This document shows, one piece after another, positions 19,276 to 33,276 of a stretch of DNA of 64,000 nt. This DNA is from the human T2T-CHM13v2.0 reference genome, Homo sapiens. Made by a program: the position numbers and the translations under genes. The notes under the pieces are model-generated. The model saw only the letters and a program-made list of their open reading frames with translations, was not told the origin of the DNA and did not search any database. Location of the stretch: the NCBI RefSeq assembly GCF_009914755.1, contig NC_060931.1; one strand, 5' to 3'. Each line of letters opens with the position of its first letter. The first letter of the stretch is position 1.

Positions 19276-20521
19276 TGGGTAATTGCTTCTGGCTCACCAT
19301 TAACTTTAGAATTAGAATTTTGCAGCTATGAATGGACCTAGAGGTTATCTAGTTCAAGCCCCTCATTTTATAGATAAGAAAATAGGTAAATCACTTACTT
19401 GTCTAAGGCTACAATGCACCTAATGATAGACAGTAGGGACTAGAACTCATGAGTCCTGGGTCCCCAGCCACTTTTGTTACTACTGAACTCCAATACACTT
19501 GTATCCTTTAATTGGTGAATTTGGTTAAGGTCAACCCATGTTGGGTTCAGCCTCTAGATAAGCTTATCTCTTTGTACTTGAACACTGCACCTTTAATTCA
19601 GGCCATGCAAAACTATAACCTTGTAAACCAGAAGTTGAGATGGAGAACTGGCACAGATCCATTCTCCTACTGAAAAAACATGCTACACAGATGCTGGATA
19701 GTCATCTTTGTTTCCAAGGACAACACATCACTTCTCAGAGATAGCAATCCATTCTATATTTATTTGACAAACATTAATTTACATTCTCTATGCAACAGGC
19801 ACTGTGTGTTTCATATCTTAGGGTCCCTGAACTTACACTGTTTAAGATGAAGGCAAATGTGAAACAAATAATAGTAGAAAGAGTTGAATAAGTATACATA
19901 TCTTAAAAGCGTCAAGTTAAAAATGTCCTTCTTTGCATTGCAGTTTCTTGCAAAATTTGCCCTTTTAAAATATAACCAGGAAAGGGAGCAAGATGAGCAT
20001 ATAATGTAAAGTTGGTTACTCATAATTGCCAAGCTTTATTTGGCCCAGGCTTAACAGGTGTTTCTCCTGCCAGGTATACTGTTGTAACTAGAGGAAGTTG
20101 TTCTGGAGTTGGGAGAGCTGAAGTTTTGAAGTGGGGTAGGGAAAAGGAAAATATTCATTATGTTTATATTAGTATTTTTATTATTATAAAAGTAAAGCAT
20201 TCTTAGAACATTCAAACTATACTTAAAGGTATAAATTGCAAAGGGAAAAGTTCTCTCTGTTCTGGATATACAATCAACAGTTTTCTGTTCTTTTTTCCAG
20301 AAATATTCTATGCATATAGGAACACATAGATGTGTATACATTTTTTCCACAAATGGTTTAAAATATTAAACATGCTTTTCTCCCAAATTAGCCTGTACAT
20401 ATTCACACATCAGTACACACTGATCTCATTTAAGAAAATTGGTGCATACCTTTGTATGCTTTTACCATAATTTAAGAAGAAGCTGACTACTTTTTTTAAG
20501 TCAGAAATACTGGGAAGGGGA

Positions 20522-20803
20522 AGAGCATGGTGGTGGTGCACGCCTGTAATCCCAGAACTTTGGGAGGTCAAGGCGGGCGGATTGCTTGAGCTCAAGAGTA
20601 GGAGACCAGCCTCGGTAACATGATGAAACCCCGTTTCTACAAAAATTAGCCAGGCGTGGTGGTGCGCACCCGTAGTCCCAGCTATTTAGGAGGCTGAGGT
20701 GGGAGGATGGCTTGAGCCCAGGAGAGAAGGTTGCAGTCAGCCGAGATGGCGCCACTGCACTCCAGCCTGGGCGACAGGCCCTGTCTCGGAAAAAAAAAAA
20801 AAA
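20522..20803 (+). mobile_element. Alu (J/S-like)
   Basis: Alu consensus; near-TSD AAATACTG(G/C)GAAGG on both flanks. Confidence 0.9.
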
Positions 20804-22604
20804 TACTGCGAAGGTAAAATAAACATATATTTAACATATTATATATTTGAAACAGCCATTGTCACAGTGGATAACAGTCACAGGTGTATAATAGTGAAAG
20901 TTCGTTAAATTAATATTTCTTCGTGTTTGTTGACTCGTACAACCCATTAGTGTTTTGATTGGTTGCATTTGTCTTTTCATTCATAACTGCTGAAAACTTT
21001 CTCCCTAACTAACCTGAGGAAGTGGTAAAAGTCAAACTTTTTTCCGGTATGAGGCCACCCTTGGTGCTGTCTGTAATTATCTAGACATGGCAGCCAGGAT
21101 CCAACAGCTTTGCGTTTTAACTCATATGGTCTTTCCTGGCGAATTCCTTGCCCCCCTCTGCTCCCCACTTAGCTTGACTTCCTGTCTTTTATCATCCGCA
21201 ATCTATCAAGATCCTACAATGTGCTCAGTGTAGGGCGGAACAAATCACTGTTTTACCTCACAATTTAAGGAAGGCAGGGGGCTAGTTTTTAAGATAAAAA
21301 TCTTTTAACAAAACATAAACTCCCCAAAATTTCCTACAAGCCAAACAGCATTGTCACACCCTCACAAGCTCTTATTACTTACACAGCCAAATGACTCAAG
21401 ATTACTAACGTTTCTATTCATAAGGAGTTTGCTGGCCTCAGATCAACACAATCAAGCCCTCCCCCACCTTCCTTCTCTCTCCCCTGGGAGACTGACGTTT
21501 GGAACTCACGCCGCACCAGGTTTTTTCAGAATGAAGACGATGTGTGTTCGCTGCTGGAACTGTTTGTCCTGGGATTTTATAAACACCTCCCCCACTCCTT
21601 TTTAAAGTTCTGTTTTTGAGGTGGGGGAAAAGGAGGTCGGAATCTGTTTAGCCTTTAAATCTCCCAATTCAGAAATATATTCTAAGAATTTAATAGAAAA
21701 AGACCAAGGGCTGTGTCTGCTATTTACTGCAGAACTGGGTATTCCTATCAGAAATCACCTACATGTGTCACCAAGATCAGAGACAAGGATGAGGGAAACA
21801 GCATGATCCCTGCCTTCTGGAGGGTTACAGTTGAAGCTTCCGCTGCTTCTGCACTTGACCTCAAAACAAACAAAAAACCCACCGCAAACAACAACAAAAA
21901 AATCCAGGCCCACCTTTCCCCTTGGATCTTTCACTTGACAGCTTTCTCGGCCCAAAATAAGGCACCCTACATCTGAATGCATCCCTAAGGCCTTACCGCA
22001 CCCAGTCCAGGAGGCAGTCCTGGCAGCTGCCCTCCACCCAACTCCGCGCTTTTTCACACACGCTCGTGGAAGGAGAAAACCGCTCAAACAACTGGACTCG
22101 GCCCGTTTCCTTTCGGTAACCTCCCCACAGCCCAACACGCTGTCCCCAGACGCTGCCCGCTCCCACCCCGGTCCCTTCGTGATCCTCCCGCGCGCGGGCG
22201 GGGCGGGGGAGGAGCGCGGGGGCGGCCGGGAGGGGGCGCGGCCGGGAGGGGGCGCCGCCGGGGCGCGAGCCAGACACAGAGGGCCGCGGAGGACGCGGGA
22301 GGCGAGCGGGGAGCCGAGGTCGTGCTAGGATCCCGCGCCCAGGGGCCTTCGTCGAGGGAGGGGCGTGGCGGCGGCAGCAGGAGGGCAGCAGGAGCTGTCA
22401 GGCTGGCGGTTCCGCGCCGCGGCTCTTTCTGCGCTGCGCCCGCAACTCTGGGCTGAGAACTTCTCCCGCCGGCCCACTCGCCCTCGCCCCGCGCACTCGG
22501 CGCCAGGCGACTCCCGCACCTTGTACCCGGCCCGCCCCGCCTCCTCCTTCGGCCGCACCACTCCCCCTGCCGGCCGCGCTTCTCTCCGTTACAAAGGAGG
22601 GAAA

Positions 22605-22679
22605 ATGAGCCGGGCGGCGGCGGCGCGGCGCGGGGCCACCACGGCGGCGGCGAGCGCGGCCGCCCCCGGCACCACGTAA
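22605..22679 (+). other. Candidate uORF (24 aa, MSRAAAARRGATTAAASAAAPGTT) in the probable CDK14 5'UTR
   Basis: GGAAAATGA context (A at -3), stop TAA at 22677-22679, 218 nt before the main ATG. Requires a TSS upstream of 22605. Confidence 0.5.
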
Positions 22680-22897
22680 ACCGCCCCCGCCCGCCCAGCT
22701 GCGGCCCAGGCCGGAGCGGAGCCTGCCGTCCTCCGCCTGCCTGCTGCTCGCCTCCCTAGACCTGCGCGTCGCTTCCCGGCCCGCCGAGGAGGTGGTGGAG
22801 GAGGAGGCGCCGCTTTCCCCGCGGCGCGCGCCCTCGCCGTTGTCTGAGCTGTGCCTGGACCAGTTTGGGGAAGTTGTCGGGGCCCCGCGTCGCCCAG

Positions 22898-22988
22898 ATG
22901 TGTGACCTCATTGAGCCGCAGCCGGCCGAGAAGATCGGCAAGATGAAGAAGTTGCGGAGAACTTTGTCGGAGAGTTTCAGTCGCATTG
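22898..22988 (+). CDS. CDK14: CDK14 (cyclin-dependent kinase 14 / PFTK1) coding exon 1, aa 1-30
   Basis: Translates MCDLIEPQPAEKIGKMKKLRRTLSESFSRI + G, the recognised CDK14 N-terminus. Ends at canonical donor ATTG|GTGAGT; 91 nt, phase 1. Confidence 0.96.
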
Positions 22989-24964
22989 GTGAGTAGCGCG
23001 CTGCCCCCGGCCCCCCCAGCGCCCGCTCCCCTCGGCCTGCGCCCCCGCCGCGTTCCTGGCACCAGCCATGCAGCTGCCAGCGGGGCTGGCGTGGGGTGCG
23101 TTGTAGGCGGGGATCGAGGGCACAGTGCTAGGGACCCGGGGGAGGGCAAGGACGTAAAGGAAAGAGACCCCTCTTCCTCAGGATCTGGGGGTTCATTTGT
23201 AGATTCTCTCAAGCCTACAATATGGGTTCTCCCCTCCTCCGCCACTAGTGCTCGCCCTTTCGCGCGCGTGGGGGACGGGCGAGGGGACCCCTCGGCCCCC
23301 ACCGCGCAAGGGGCTGCGCGGCTGCTTGGGCCACTTGTTATTTTTTGCGCACAGGCTTGGATATTGGGCGTTTAGTCAGTAATTTAGCTTTGGAAATTGG
23401 TGAAACGTTAGACTGTGCCCTGGTATTGTTTAACGTATCCAACCTAAAGGGAAGTGGGACAGTTACCTTGGGACCTATTGTTCGGTACTTCGGGTCCTGG
23501 AAAGCGAGATTTGGGTGTTCAGTCTCGAGGTCTCTGAATCTTCCCGCTGCTGGAGAGAAATGCGCGCTGTGGAGTTGTCTGGACATTTAGGAATGTCTCT
23601 CGAACTTGTTCCATTTAATAGAGCTCAGGGGCTGTTGTCTTTAAACCAAACAACAAACCAACTGACCAACAGTGTTTAGGACAGTGACGAATAAATGCAT
23701 GTCACAGGTTGTAATAGGGTGACAGCAGTATCACGTGGAATGGGTTTGTTAGATTTTGAGTACTGGGCATAGAAAACCCCTTTTAACCTGAAGAGTTAGC
23801 TGCCTCCCCTACTGTCACAACTTTCACTAATAACATGTAACTGCCCTGAGCAAGAGAATGCTATAGACACAAAAGATAACCCCTGCGAGTCCCTAGGAAG
23901 CTGCCTAGTCTTTGTTTCACTTGTTTTAAATGTCATCCATGTTAACGAAAGTGTTAATGGAAATTAAACATAAAGGTACTTAATTCCTTAAAATAAAACC
24001 CTGGGATGCACATGAGTGTTACAGATATCCTTCCACCCATTCATTGTAAGATATGCAAACTTTCTTCAAGTGAGAGAGTACAATGGATCGAAATTTAGCC
24101 AAGTTTTTTTTTTTTTTTTTTGTCTTTCGACTTAAAATTTTGTGTTGGTATGCAAAATCTTTCCCCAGATGACTGTAAAGTTATGGTATGAAACCAATCT
24201 TTAGTTTTATTTATTGCATGTATTGGATATTAATTTCACTCTTCAGAATTAGGGATACATGTGGAGAGTCCCTGCATTAAGATGAAGTTTGAAGCCAAGA
24301 AGAGTGTGAGAGAGGGAAATGTTGAGTCGTGTGCATTATTAACGAGGATGTTTCAACCCTGACCCAAACCGTCGCAGAGGCGGGTTCTGGAGTCCATTAA
24401 GCCGTGTTCTAAAACACATTAACTATATATTTACTAATGCTAATGATTCTGCTGGAGCCCCTCCAGTTTTGTGTTAAATAATTCATTGCAATTGAGTCTC
24501 AGTAAGAAACCAAGGACATTAATCTAAAAGTTCCTTATATTTAAATAATTTCAAGGTTTTGATCGACAATCAGTAAAATTTGGATTAAGTACAGTGCTGG
24601 CAAATGGGGGTATTATAGTTAATTGGATTTTCTAGCTTACTGAGATTTAGTGATGTGAAACTCCTTTTGAATCCAACTCTTGTTAAAATGTCTTCTAAGA
24701 GCTGGTGGATTTTATATCCTCCCTTTAGGACACAGAATGCAGTGCAGTGAGCACAGCTGATTATTTATTGTATTGATGGAAAATATGATTCTGAATCGTA
24801 GATCTCATTATGGAGTATTGTAATAGGAGATATTGAAGTGATTATAGTTGTATACCAAGCCAACGACATTCAAAGTAGCATTACAGAAACAAAATCTGTA
24901 TCTTCTTATTTTCTTGATGTTTTATATTGTATTTGCAAAATTAAAACCAGTGAACTCATTCTGA

Positions 24965-25280
<316 letters not shown>

Positions 25281-25339
25281 TATCTAAGGATTTTTAAGGC
25301 GCTAGAGGTTGTTGAGTTGAGGGCTTACTGTGGGATTAT

Positions 25340-25870
25340 ATAGTGCATGAGTTAAGAATGTGGGCTGTGTGTCACACAGACTGTTTCCCATGTTGCCATG
25401 CCCAGCCAAGGTCTCTCAACTTCTCTGAGCTTCAGTTTTTCATGTACAACTCAGTTTCGTTGTTGGCTTTTAGTGAAATAATGCATACCATGTCTTGTGT
25501 GGCACATTAAATAAAGACTCAGTAAACGTTCAAGATATGTTATCATTGTTTTTGTTATTATTAGGAATTCCATCATACTGACATAACTGATCTTATAGAT
25601 AGAAAGCAAGAGAAGAGGGAAGTGGCCATTGACTTTGTAGTGTAGCCAGCCTTAAAACGGAGTTAGGCAGGCCTGGATTTGAACTGGGTTTTCGCTGCTT
25701 GCTCTGTGCCAGTGGAATTTTGCAGCCGGTGGAATTACCCTAAAGCCCAGAGTCCTCATCTGTAAATATTCATATACGGTGAATATATGTGAAGACTAAA
25801 TCGGATAAAACACCTGAAAAATCTAGTGCAGTATCTATCACAAGGTGAAGGTCAATACCATAGGCTGTCA
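25340..25870 (+). mobile_element. Two MIR fragments
   Basis: CTTCTCTGAGCTTCAGTTTTCAT and GTCCTCATCTGTAAA core motifs. Confidence 0.55.
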
Positions 25871-28029
25871 TTGTTCCTTGCAATTTCTGTTTATACCCCA
25901 TCATCCTCCTTTCTTCATTGGTACTTCATGAGGAGATCGAAGAGTGAATGGTTTATTCTTGTTGAATAATCCACACTGCAACATATTCATTCTCTTTAAC
26001 CAATCTAAGCTTTTGAAATAGACATGCTGACTTTATTTTGCTGCTTTAGTATTATCCAAAAGTGTAGCTTGTTGTATGGTGAAATGTACAATACTATTAT
26101 TTAGCTGTAAGAAATTATTAATCATTCATCTATTGAAAATGAGGAAATATTTGAAAGTATCTGATGTCTGGTCAGTGTTTATCATTAATAATAATAATTC
26201 TAAATACATAAAGCAGTGCTAATGTTTAATTTGTTTACACATTAGAGATCATGCTGACTTTGTCACTGCCCACCCCAAATACAGCTGAGCTGAGATTACT
26301 ATATTATAAAACACATGGCTTTCAAGCCATAGTGCTCTAATTTATGACATCTGCCAGGGAATGACTATGATATAGTTATGGTTCTTTTATAAGATGAGTG
26401 TAATTGAATTTTAAAGTCACCCATCAATTTCGGTAGTATTTATGGTTTTCTACTAAATAGTGTCAGCGTGGTTCCTTATTTAGGAATTACTACAGTTGTC
26501 TCACACTTTTTTTTAAAATTTAGGCTAACAAAGACAAATGGGAACTTAATTATTGAGTAGTTTAAGTATTTTAAAGTTCATTTCCTCTTTTCTTTCTTGT
26601 TTCTTTTTTATTTTTGAATGTTAGCCTAGAAGGAGAAAGGCTTTATGTAATATCCGGTGTATGATTAAGGTCAAACTGACATTTTTTCATATTCATTTGA
26701 ATGCATTGCTTCATACTTATTTGGACTGTCTCCTAGAGAAAGGAAGTTTATACTCTGCGATATTTGAGATGAACACCATGTATACCATTTCTTTAAAGGA
26801 CATGGTTTGTGAGGGAACTAAATAAAAAGAAGAGGCTGTGATTACACTGAACTTTGGGGTTTGTTACCTTGTGCTGTAACTGTGTAATTCTAGAGTCCAG
26901 TTGTCATGTGACGAATTCATTATGTCAGAAAAGAGAAATATAAGGTTAAATGTTCAGACACAAAATTTAACTGTTGTACCACATTTTCCCCAATGCAACT
27001 TCAAAATATTTTAATTTGAAAACTACAAAATGGAATTTATATCCATGATCTTTTAAGAGAGAACCAGTGTAGCATTTTCATACACCAAAACTTAAGTGTG
27101 TCTCAAAAGATACTCTCCTTTTGCCATTGAGGTAGGACTCATTAATTCAACAAATAATTATTTAGTACCTCTTCCCCACTGTAGATATTGTTCTGACAGT
27201 CAGATCGACTGACTAATGTGGGTGGTCCCTGTCCTCAAGGATTTTAAGGGAAAACAGGCCAATTAACAGGCATTTACAATATAAAGTGACAGATTCTACC
27301 ATGAAGATTAGCGAAATTTGCTGTTGGAGAACACAGGAGGAGCATCACTTTCATCTAGGTGAAATCATGAGAAGCTTTCTAGAGGAAGGACTGTCTGAGC
27401 AGAGGACTGAATAGAATATCTGCTGATCTTAAATATTTTGATATATGCCCCTTGGCTATTCCAGAATAATGTAATATGCTTGTTACTCCATGAAATCCTT
27501 AAAGATAATTGTGGATTTACATTTACATGAATGATTAATGGCAATCAGGGAATGTAATCAATAATGAGATCTTGTGTTCTTGTTTGGGTCAGAATTTACT
27601 CATCAGTGACCTGATGAACATCTGGCAAAGACATCTTAAGTTGGTCTTTGTTGTCACTGTTAACTGCTGTTCAGGACAAGGACTCAATATTTAGAAGAAA
27701 CCGTGTAAGGTGTCAGTCTAGCAGTGAATGACTTCAGTGAAGTAATGGTGTTCTGTGGTACCTTGAGCTTGAGAGTATTGTGCAGATGAGATAATCTGGC
27801 TTCCTGTTCATTATGTCATAGCAAATACACTTGCAGTTTCTTCTATTTTCTCCTCTTGATACCTCCAGACCCCACCTCTTTGTCCAGAATGTTGGAGAAT
27901 TGTCAGGACTTAGGAGATAAGAAGGAAATAGTCCAGTTTGGTTGTTCAAGGCATTCCAGTTTTCTGCTGTCTTCATTTCTCAACTTGAGGGTCTTCATTC
28001 CATATTTGCAGTTCCCTAAGGGATAGTAT

Positions 28030-28448
<419 letters not shown>

Positions 28449-29582
28449 TAATGTCCAAAATAAAGACAGTATATTTAAAAGTTTGTGCCGTGAATTGTAA
28501 GTTTGCTGCTGTAGCTTTGCATCTTGCATGGCAGCCACATAGTGCGCGTGTTCCATTAATCTTTGTTAAATGAGCTAGGTATGAGGCTGTATGGCAATTT
28601 GCTTATGTTAGACTTTGTATTTGAAATCAATGGGCTATTAATTTCTTATTCCTAAAAGTTTAGTTTTTCAGATGAAGCAACTTGTCTCTATTTAGAATTA
28701 CATTACTAATGTTTTGTAAAGGACTCATTAGTCAAAGTATGTTAATTAAAGGACACGCCTTGGGTTGAGGGAGTAGACAGTATGGTAATATTGTTGACTG
28801 GTATTTATACAGAGCCTTGTAGCCTAGAAGTTAAATTCTAGTGAAAATGCAGTCATTAGGAATTAGCTAGGATCTTAATATGGTTCTATCAAAACAGATT
28901 ATTTTAGATTTAATGTAGGTTATTTTAGTTTTAATGTAGGTTAAGTTAAATACATAATTAAAACATGTGCAAGTAATTGAATGCAAGATAAGCCATTCAC
29001 AACAAAGGACTATCTTTTTATTTTCCATTCACTTTCAGAAGAAATGGTTATCCAATAAAGAAAGATTAGTTTATTAGGCAAAAGGGAAAAATAAGAAACT
29101 TTTAGAAACGTTTTATTTCCCTCAGCCTACCTGCATCCCCCTTAACTCACCGCAATCACATTCTTCTTGAAAACACAAATATATGAAACAGAGAAAATAA
29201 CCTTTTCACGATTGTTAGAGTATGTATCCTAAGCTTTTCTATGATAGCTTCAGTTTAGGCACATTACTTTTCTCAGAGCTTAATTGCCAGAATAATTTGC
29301 TTTTCATTGCTTTTGTCAGAACAAAGCTTTCCAAGTAATAGCTACCCAAGTGCTTCTATCCAGACTAAATCATGTATAAAGCAGCAAACACCTATGCATT
29401 GTTCCGTAAATTTGAAACATTTCTCCAGCTAGTAGTTTCAGATAAATTAGCTATTTAATGCATTCTTCTTAATATGAAACATTCTAAGTAATTGTAAAAT
29501 GTAAGGAACTAGATGTTTGCCAACTGTAGGTGAAATTCTTCTTCTATGTTGGGTGAAAAAATTCCAGTTCTAAAGCTATGAA

Positions 29583-29883
29583 CAGTCACGCATACTTGAT
29601 GGTGGTCCCGCAAGTTTACAATACTGTATTTTTACTGTACATTTTTCTATGTTTATATACACAAATACTTGCCATTGTGTTGCAGTTGCCTATAGTATTT
29701 GGTACAGTAACATGCTGTATAGGTTTGTAGCCCAGGAGTAATAGGCTATACCATATAGCCTAGGTGTGTAGTAGGTGATACCATCTAGGTTTGTATAAGT
29801 ACACTCTGTGACATTTGCACAATGAAATTGCCTAAGGGTGCATTTCTGAGAATGTATCCCAGTTGTTAAGTGACACATGTCTG
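29583..29883. mobile_element. Tigger3a/MER7-like TcMar DNA transposon
   Basis: CAGTCA...CATGTCTG termini and characteristic internal sequence; opposite orientation to the copy at 56453. Confidence 0.8.
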
Positions 29884-30490
29884 GATTTAAAGTAAATTTG
29901 AAGTATTTTCTGGTTCCTATAAAATATTCTGAATGTATTGTTTTCTTTTGAAATACTTTGTTATAAAATTTATCATGTCGAAATGTTTAAATTATGTCTC
30001 TTACTCTGCAATGCTTGTTTTAGCAGGCTTAGTCTTTCATCAACACACTTACACTTCACTTAGTATGAAAATGTCATTCAGGGCTCTGTGCAAAGAAGGT
30101 GTCATCCTAACAATTGGTGATATCTTCTCAAAACCCAGGAGTTTAAGGGGAAATTTCTTTAAGATTACTTCGTGATTCTTTTATACTTTCATTGAAACAT
30201 GTTCCAACTAAAGAAGAGATAGGGAACAGTTATGTGTGCTTCTTTCTAATATCTGGGAGGATAGTTCTATTTGCATATTTATAAAAAATATTTCAAAAGA
30301 TGCATGCTGTGCAATTCTCTTTCATTTGCAGTTTTCATATTTGTATCATAACATTGTTATTCAGGTTGGGGTACAATTTACTTTCTGAAATGAAAACACC
30401 ATACTGCCTTGTTTTTTTTTCTGTTTTCTATAACTTAGTCTCTTTGGAATTTTTCACAATAACTGTTTCCTTTTCCTTCTTATTTTATAG

Positions 30491-30522
30491 CTTTGAAGAA
30501 AGATGACACCACCTTTGATGAG
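30491..30522 (+). CDS. CDK14: CDK14 coding exon 2 (32 nt), aa 31-41
   Basis: Polypyrimidine tract ...TTTTATAG| then (G)CT TTG AAG AAA GAT GAC ACC ACC TTT GAT GAG |GTAGGT = ALKKDDTTFDE. Continues exon 1 in frame (91+32 = 41 codons). Confidence 0.96.
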
Positions 30523-33276
30523 GTAGGTTAAATTTCTTTATCTAATGTTAGATGTATTTAATGACTACCAGGTAAAGTCAGTAGCTGCCAACTTTGTACC
30601 TGGAAACAAAAAAAATGCCTTTAAAACGCGAGATAACATCTGTTTATTTCATTGCATTATTATATTTTCAAATTTTAAATAATCGTTCAAATGAGTTTTG
30701 GTAGCAAGTAACAGAAATATGTCTTTTTCAATTAATAAATGAGCTAATTAGAAGACACATGCAGGCCTTTGTGTTGTTGCCTTCTTGCTAGTGGTAGTGC
30801 TTGAGACACGCAGAGTGATGTACGTGCTTAAGGCAAGTCTGGAGCTGTTGGTAAGTTGGGCACCATGGCTCACCATGGCTCCTTGCAGACCTCAGCTGAA
30901 TCAGGGTGTGATGTGTTGTCGATGCCACATATTGTCTGTCAGTCTCCCAAGGGAGGAGCTGACTTTTCCTGTTCTAGTTTTCCTATTCTTTGTATATCAG
31001 ATCCGTCTTGATCTACTTGCCACAAAGTAGTGTAAAATACTGTTCAAGTAAGGCAGAGAGTTCATATGTAATTAAATAGCATCCTGAATGTGATTTTAAA
31101 ATTGCAGTCATTCCTGAATTTTTGTAGTATAAGTAGGAATCACCAGAGAAATAGTGAATGTTTACAAAATATTTTCACAGTGCCAAAGAGTGAAATGTTT
31201 CATTGTAACCATCCTGAGCCACACTCATTGATATGTGTTGTAAACTGGGCCACATGTGTATATAGATTGTGTTTTTATATAGGAACATGGGTGTTATCTA
31301 TACAGTGTGCTTACCCTAAAGCCTGATGAAAGCATAAATCAGTTTGGTTTGGTGGTTTGGTTTGTTTTAATAGTTACATATTCCATGAAATATGCTACCT
31401 GTCTTCCCTCTGCTGCAGTGCTTCAGTGAGGAAAGGGCATTTGTGCTCATGGAAAGTCCCCTTGGCCATGTGGCTGGCTGTGGTGCATGGCAGGTCTGCT
31501 CAGAGAGAACCTGCTCCAGGCTGGGATTTCTGGATGGGGCCACCGTCATTTGGCTGTCATGGTCTGCTGCTTCATCTGCTGCACCTGTTCTCTTTTTCCT
31601 GGGCTGAGCTTTACAAAGCTGTGTGTCCCTGGACTCCAAAGCAACTTTCCCTGCCAGCATTCCTGTGACATCCTCTAAAAAACTTAATTCTTCTAGGCTT
31701 GAAGCAATAGAGGAGTCTTTTCTTCTTCCTTCATAGTGGGCAATAATGGAGTTTTCCTCTAAACATGTATTTCTGGAATTTCGGTAGTGTTGTTATTGAG
31801 ATATTTTTCAGGAGAGTGTTTTCTTTCTTTTCAGGAGCAATCAATATGAGAATATTTGGTACCATTTTTCTCTTTGTAAAGAAAGTTTCCCCTCTAATTA
31901 TGTAGATAATTTAAGCTTACATAAAAAGAGAGAAATAAGGAAAAGGAGAAAGAAAAAATCTCATAAATCCTGTTACCCCGATACAACAACTGTTGAATGT
32001 TCTTGCTTCTTTCTCCGTGTTTTAAAAAAAGCAGCCCATTATTATATCCCGCTTTTTTCTTTGATATGATAACATTATATTTTCCCATGTTTTTACAAAC
32101 TCTTCCTAATCATCATTAGGCATTTCGAAAACCTTTTTTCTTGCTTAAACACTGTTGTTAGTGATTAGCTTTAAAAAACACCTGAGGCTGGAGCCCAGCT
32201 GAAGGTTAAAGATGTGTCAAACCTGTAACTACTCCCTCTCTCTGTTATTCTGAAACCTCTGTATAGTCAAAGGTCTGGAGTTTGTAATTTGGGTCAAAAT
32301 CATCCTTAGCTTTTGCAAAGTGGCTTCCTTCCTCTGCCACAAGAGATTGTAAACTATCACAAATCAGTAAATCACAGAATGCTCTACTTGGAAGATCCAT
32401 TGGAAATAATAATTTTCCCACTCCATCATTACACAGATGAAGAAATTGAGATCCAGAAGGGGCAAGTCATTTCCAGCTAATGAAGGAAAGACTCAAGGCC
32501 AGAAAATCTTGGGAGATAGTGGTAATGAAGGCATGCCGGGGTATAATCCCCAATTCAACTACCCTCTGTTTGGGCATTTGACTTATTAATTTCATATCCT
32601 TTGTAAAATAGAGATAATAATAGTATCTTTCCTTTAAGGGTTAAGATAATTAAATAAGGTAATGCATATGAAGGTTTCAGAATAATGGCTCACAAAAAGT
32701 GAATAGCTCATAATTGGTGTTATCATCTTCATTGCCTTCATCATCACCATCATCATCATCATTGATGCTTTCACTTTGACATCCACCTTCTGTAGTTGGA
32801 AGGGCTACAGAGTAGATAGAAGGATTAAAAATGAAGAATTACAGCTATGAGGAGAGTTAATTTCAGATATTCCTCTAACATTTCACCTAAAGCTTCATGT
32901 GATGACTTGCATATTAAAACTGAGAAAATATTATCTAAAACCCACCATTGTTTAGATTCCGTATGGGGGTGATTGGATTCACTTTTTAATCCCTGAGTGT
33001 GTTGCTCATAGTTAACTTTCAGTACGTATCTATTGAATGTGAGTAAATATCTATTGTAGAGGAGTAGAGAGAGTGATGAATTAGGTGTTAGGCAATGTGG
33101 ATTCTCATCTGCCACTTTCTAGTTATTTGGGCAGGTCGTTTAACTTACCCCGGCCATGACATTCTCATTTGTAAAATCAGTTGAACTGTGATCTTCAAGT
33201 TGCCTCTTAGCTCTAAATGTAGGATTCTAAATAATGTAACAACCAACATAAGATTACAATTTTTTTTCATGTTTTA

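Larger units (their letters stand above)
22030..23580. promoter_or_regulatory. CDK14: CpG-island promoter of CDK14 with GC boxes
   Basis: Abrupt GC/CpG-rich block in AT-rich DNA, with GGGCGG/CCGCCC boxes (e.g. 22196-22206) and no obvious TATA box. Surrounds the first coding exon. Confidence 0.9.

Noticed and set aside
22883-22897. CCCCGCGTCGCCCAG directly before the CDK14 ATG as a splice acceptor
   Set aside because: No T-rich tract or branch point, and a CpG-island first exon explains it; cannot be supported without transcript data.
22589-23302. 237-aa minus-strand ORF and other ORFs across the CpG island (22365-22679, 22756-22986, 22986-23375)
   Set aside because: Stop-poor GC-rich sequence, mostly non-ATG starts and low-complexity Ala/Arg/Pro/Gly peptides. 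22756-22986 is just the antisense shadow of CDK14 exon 1.
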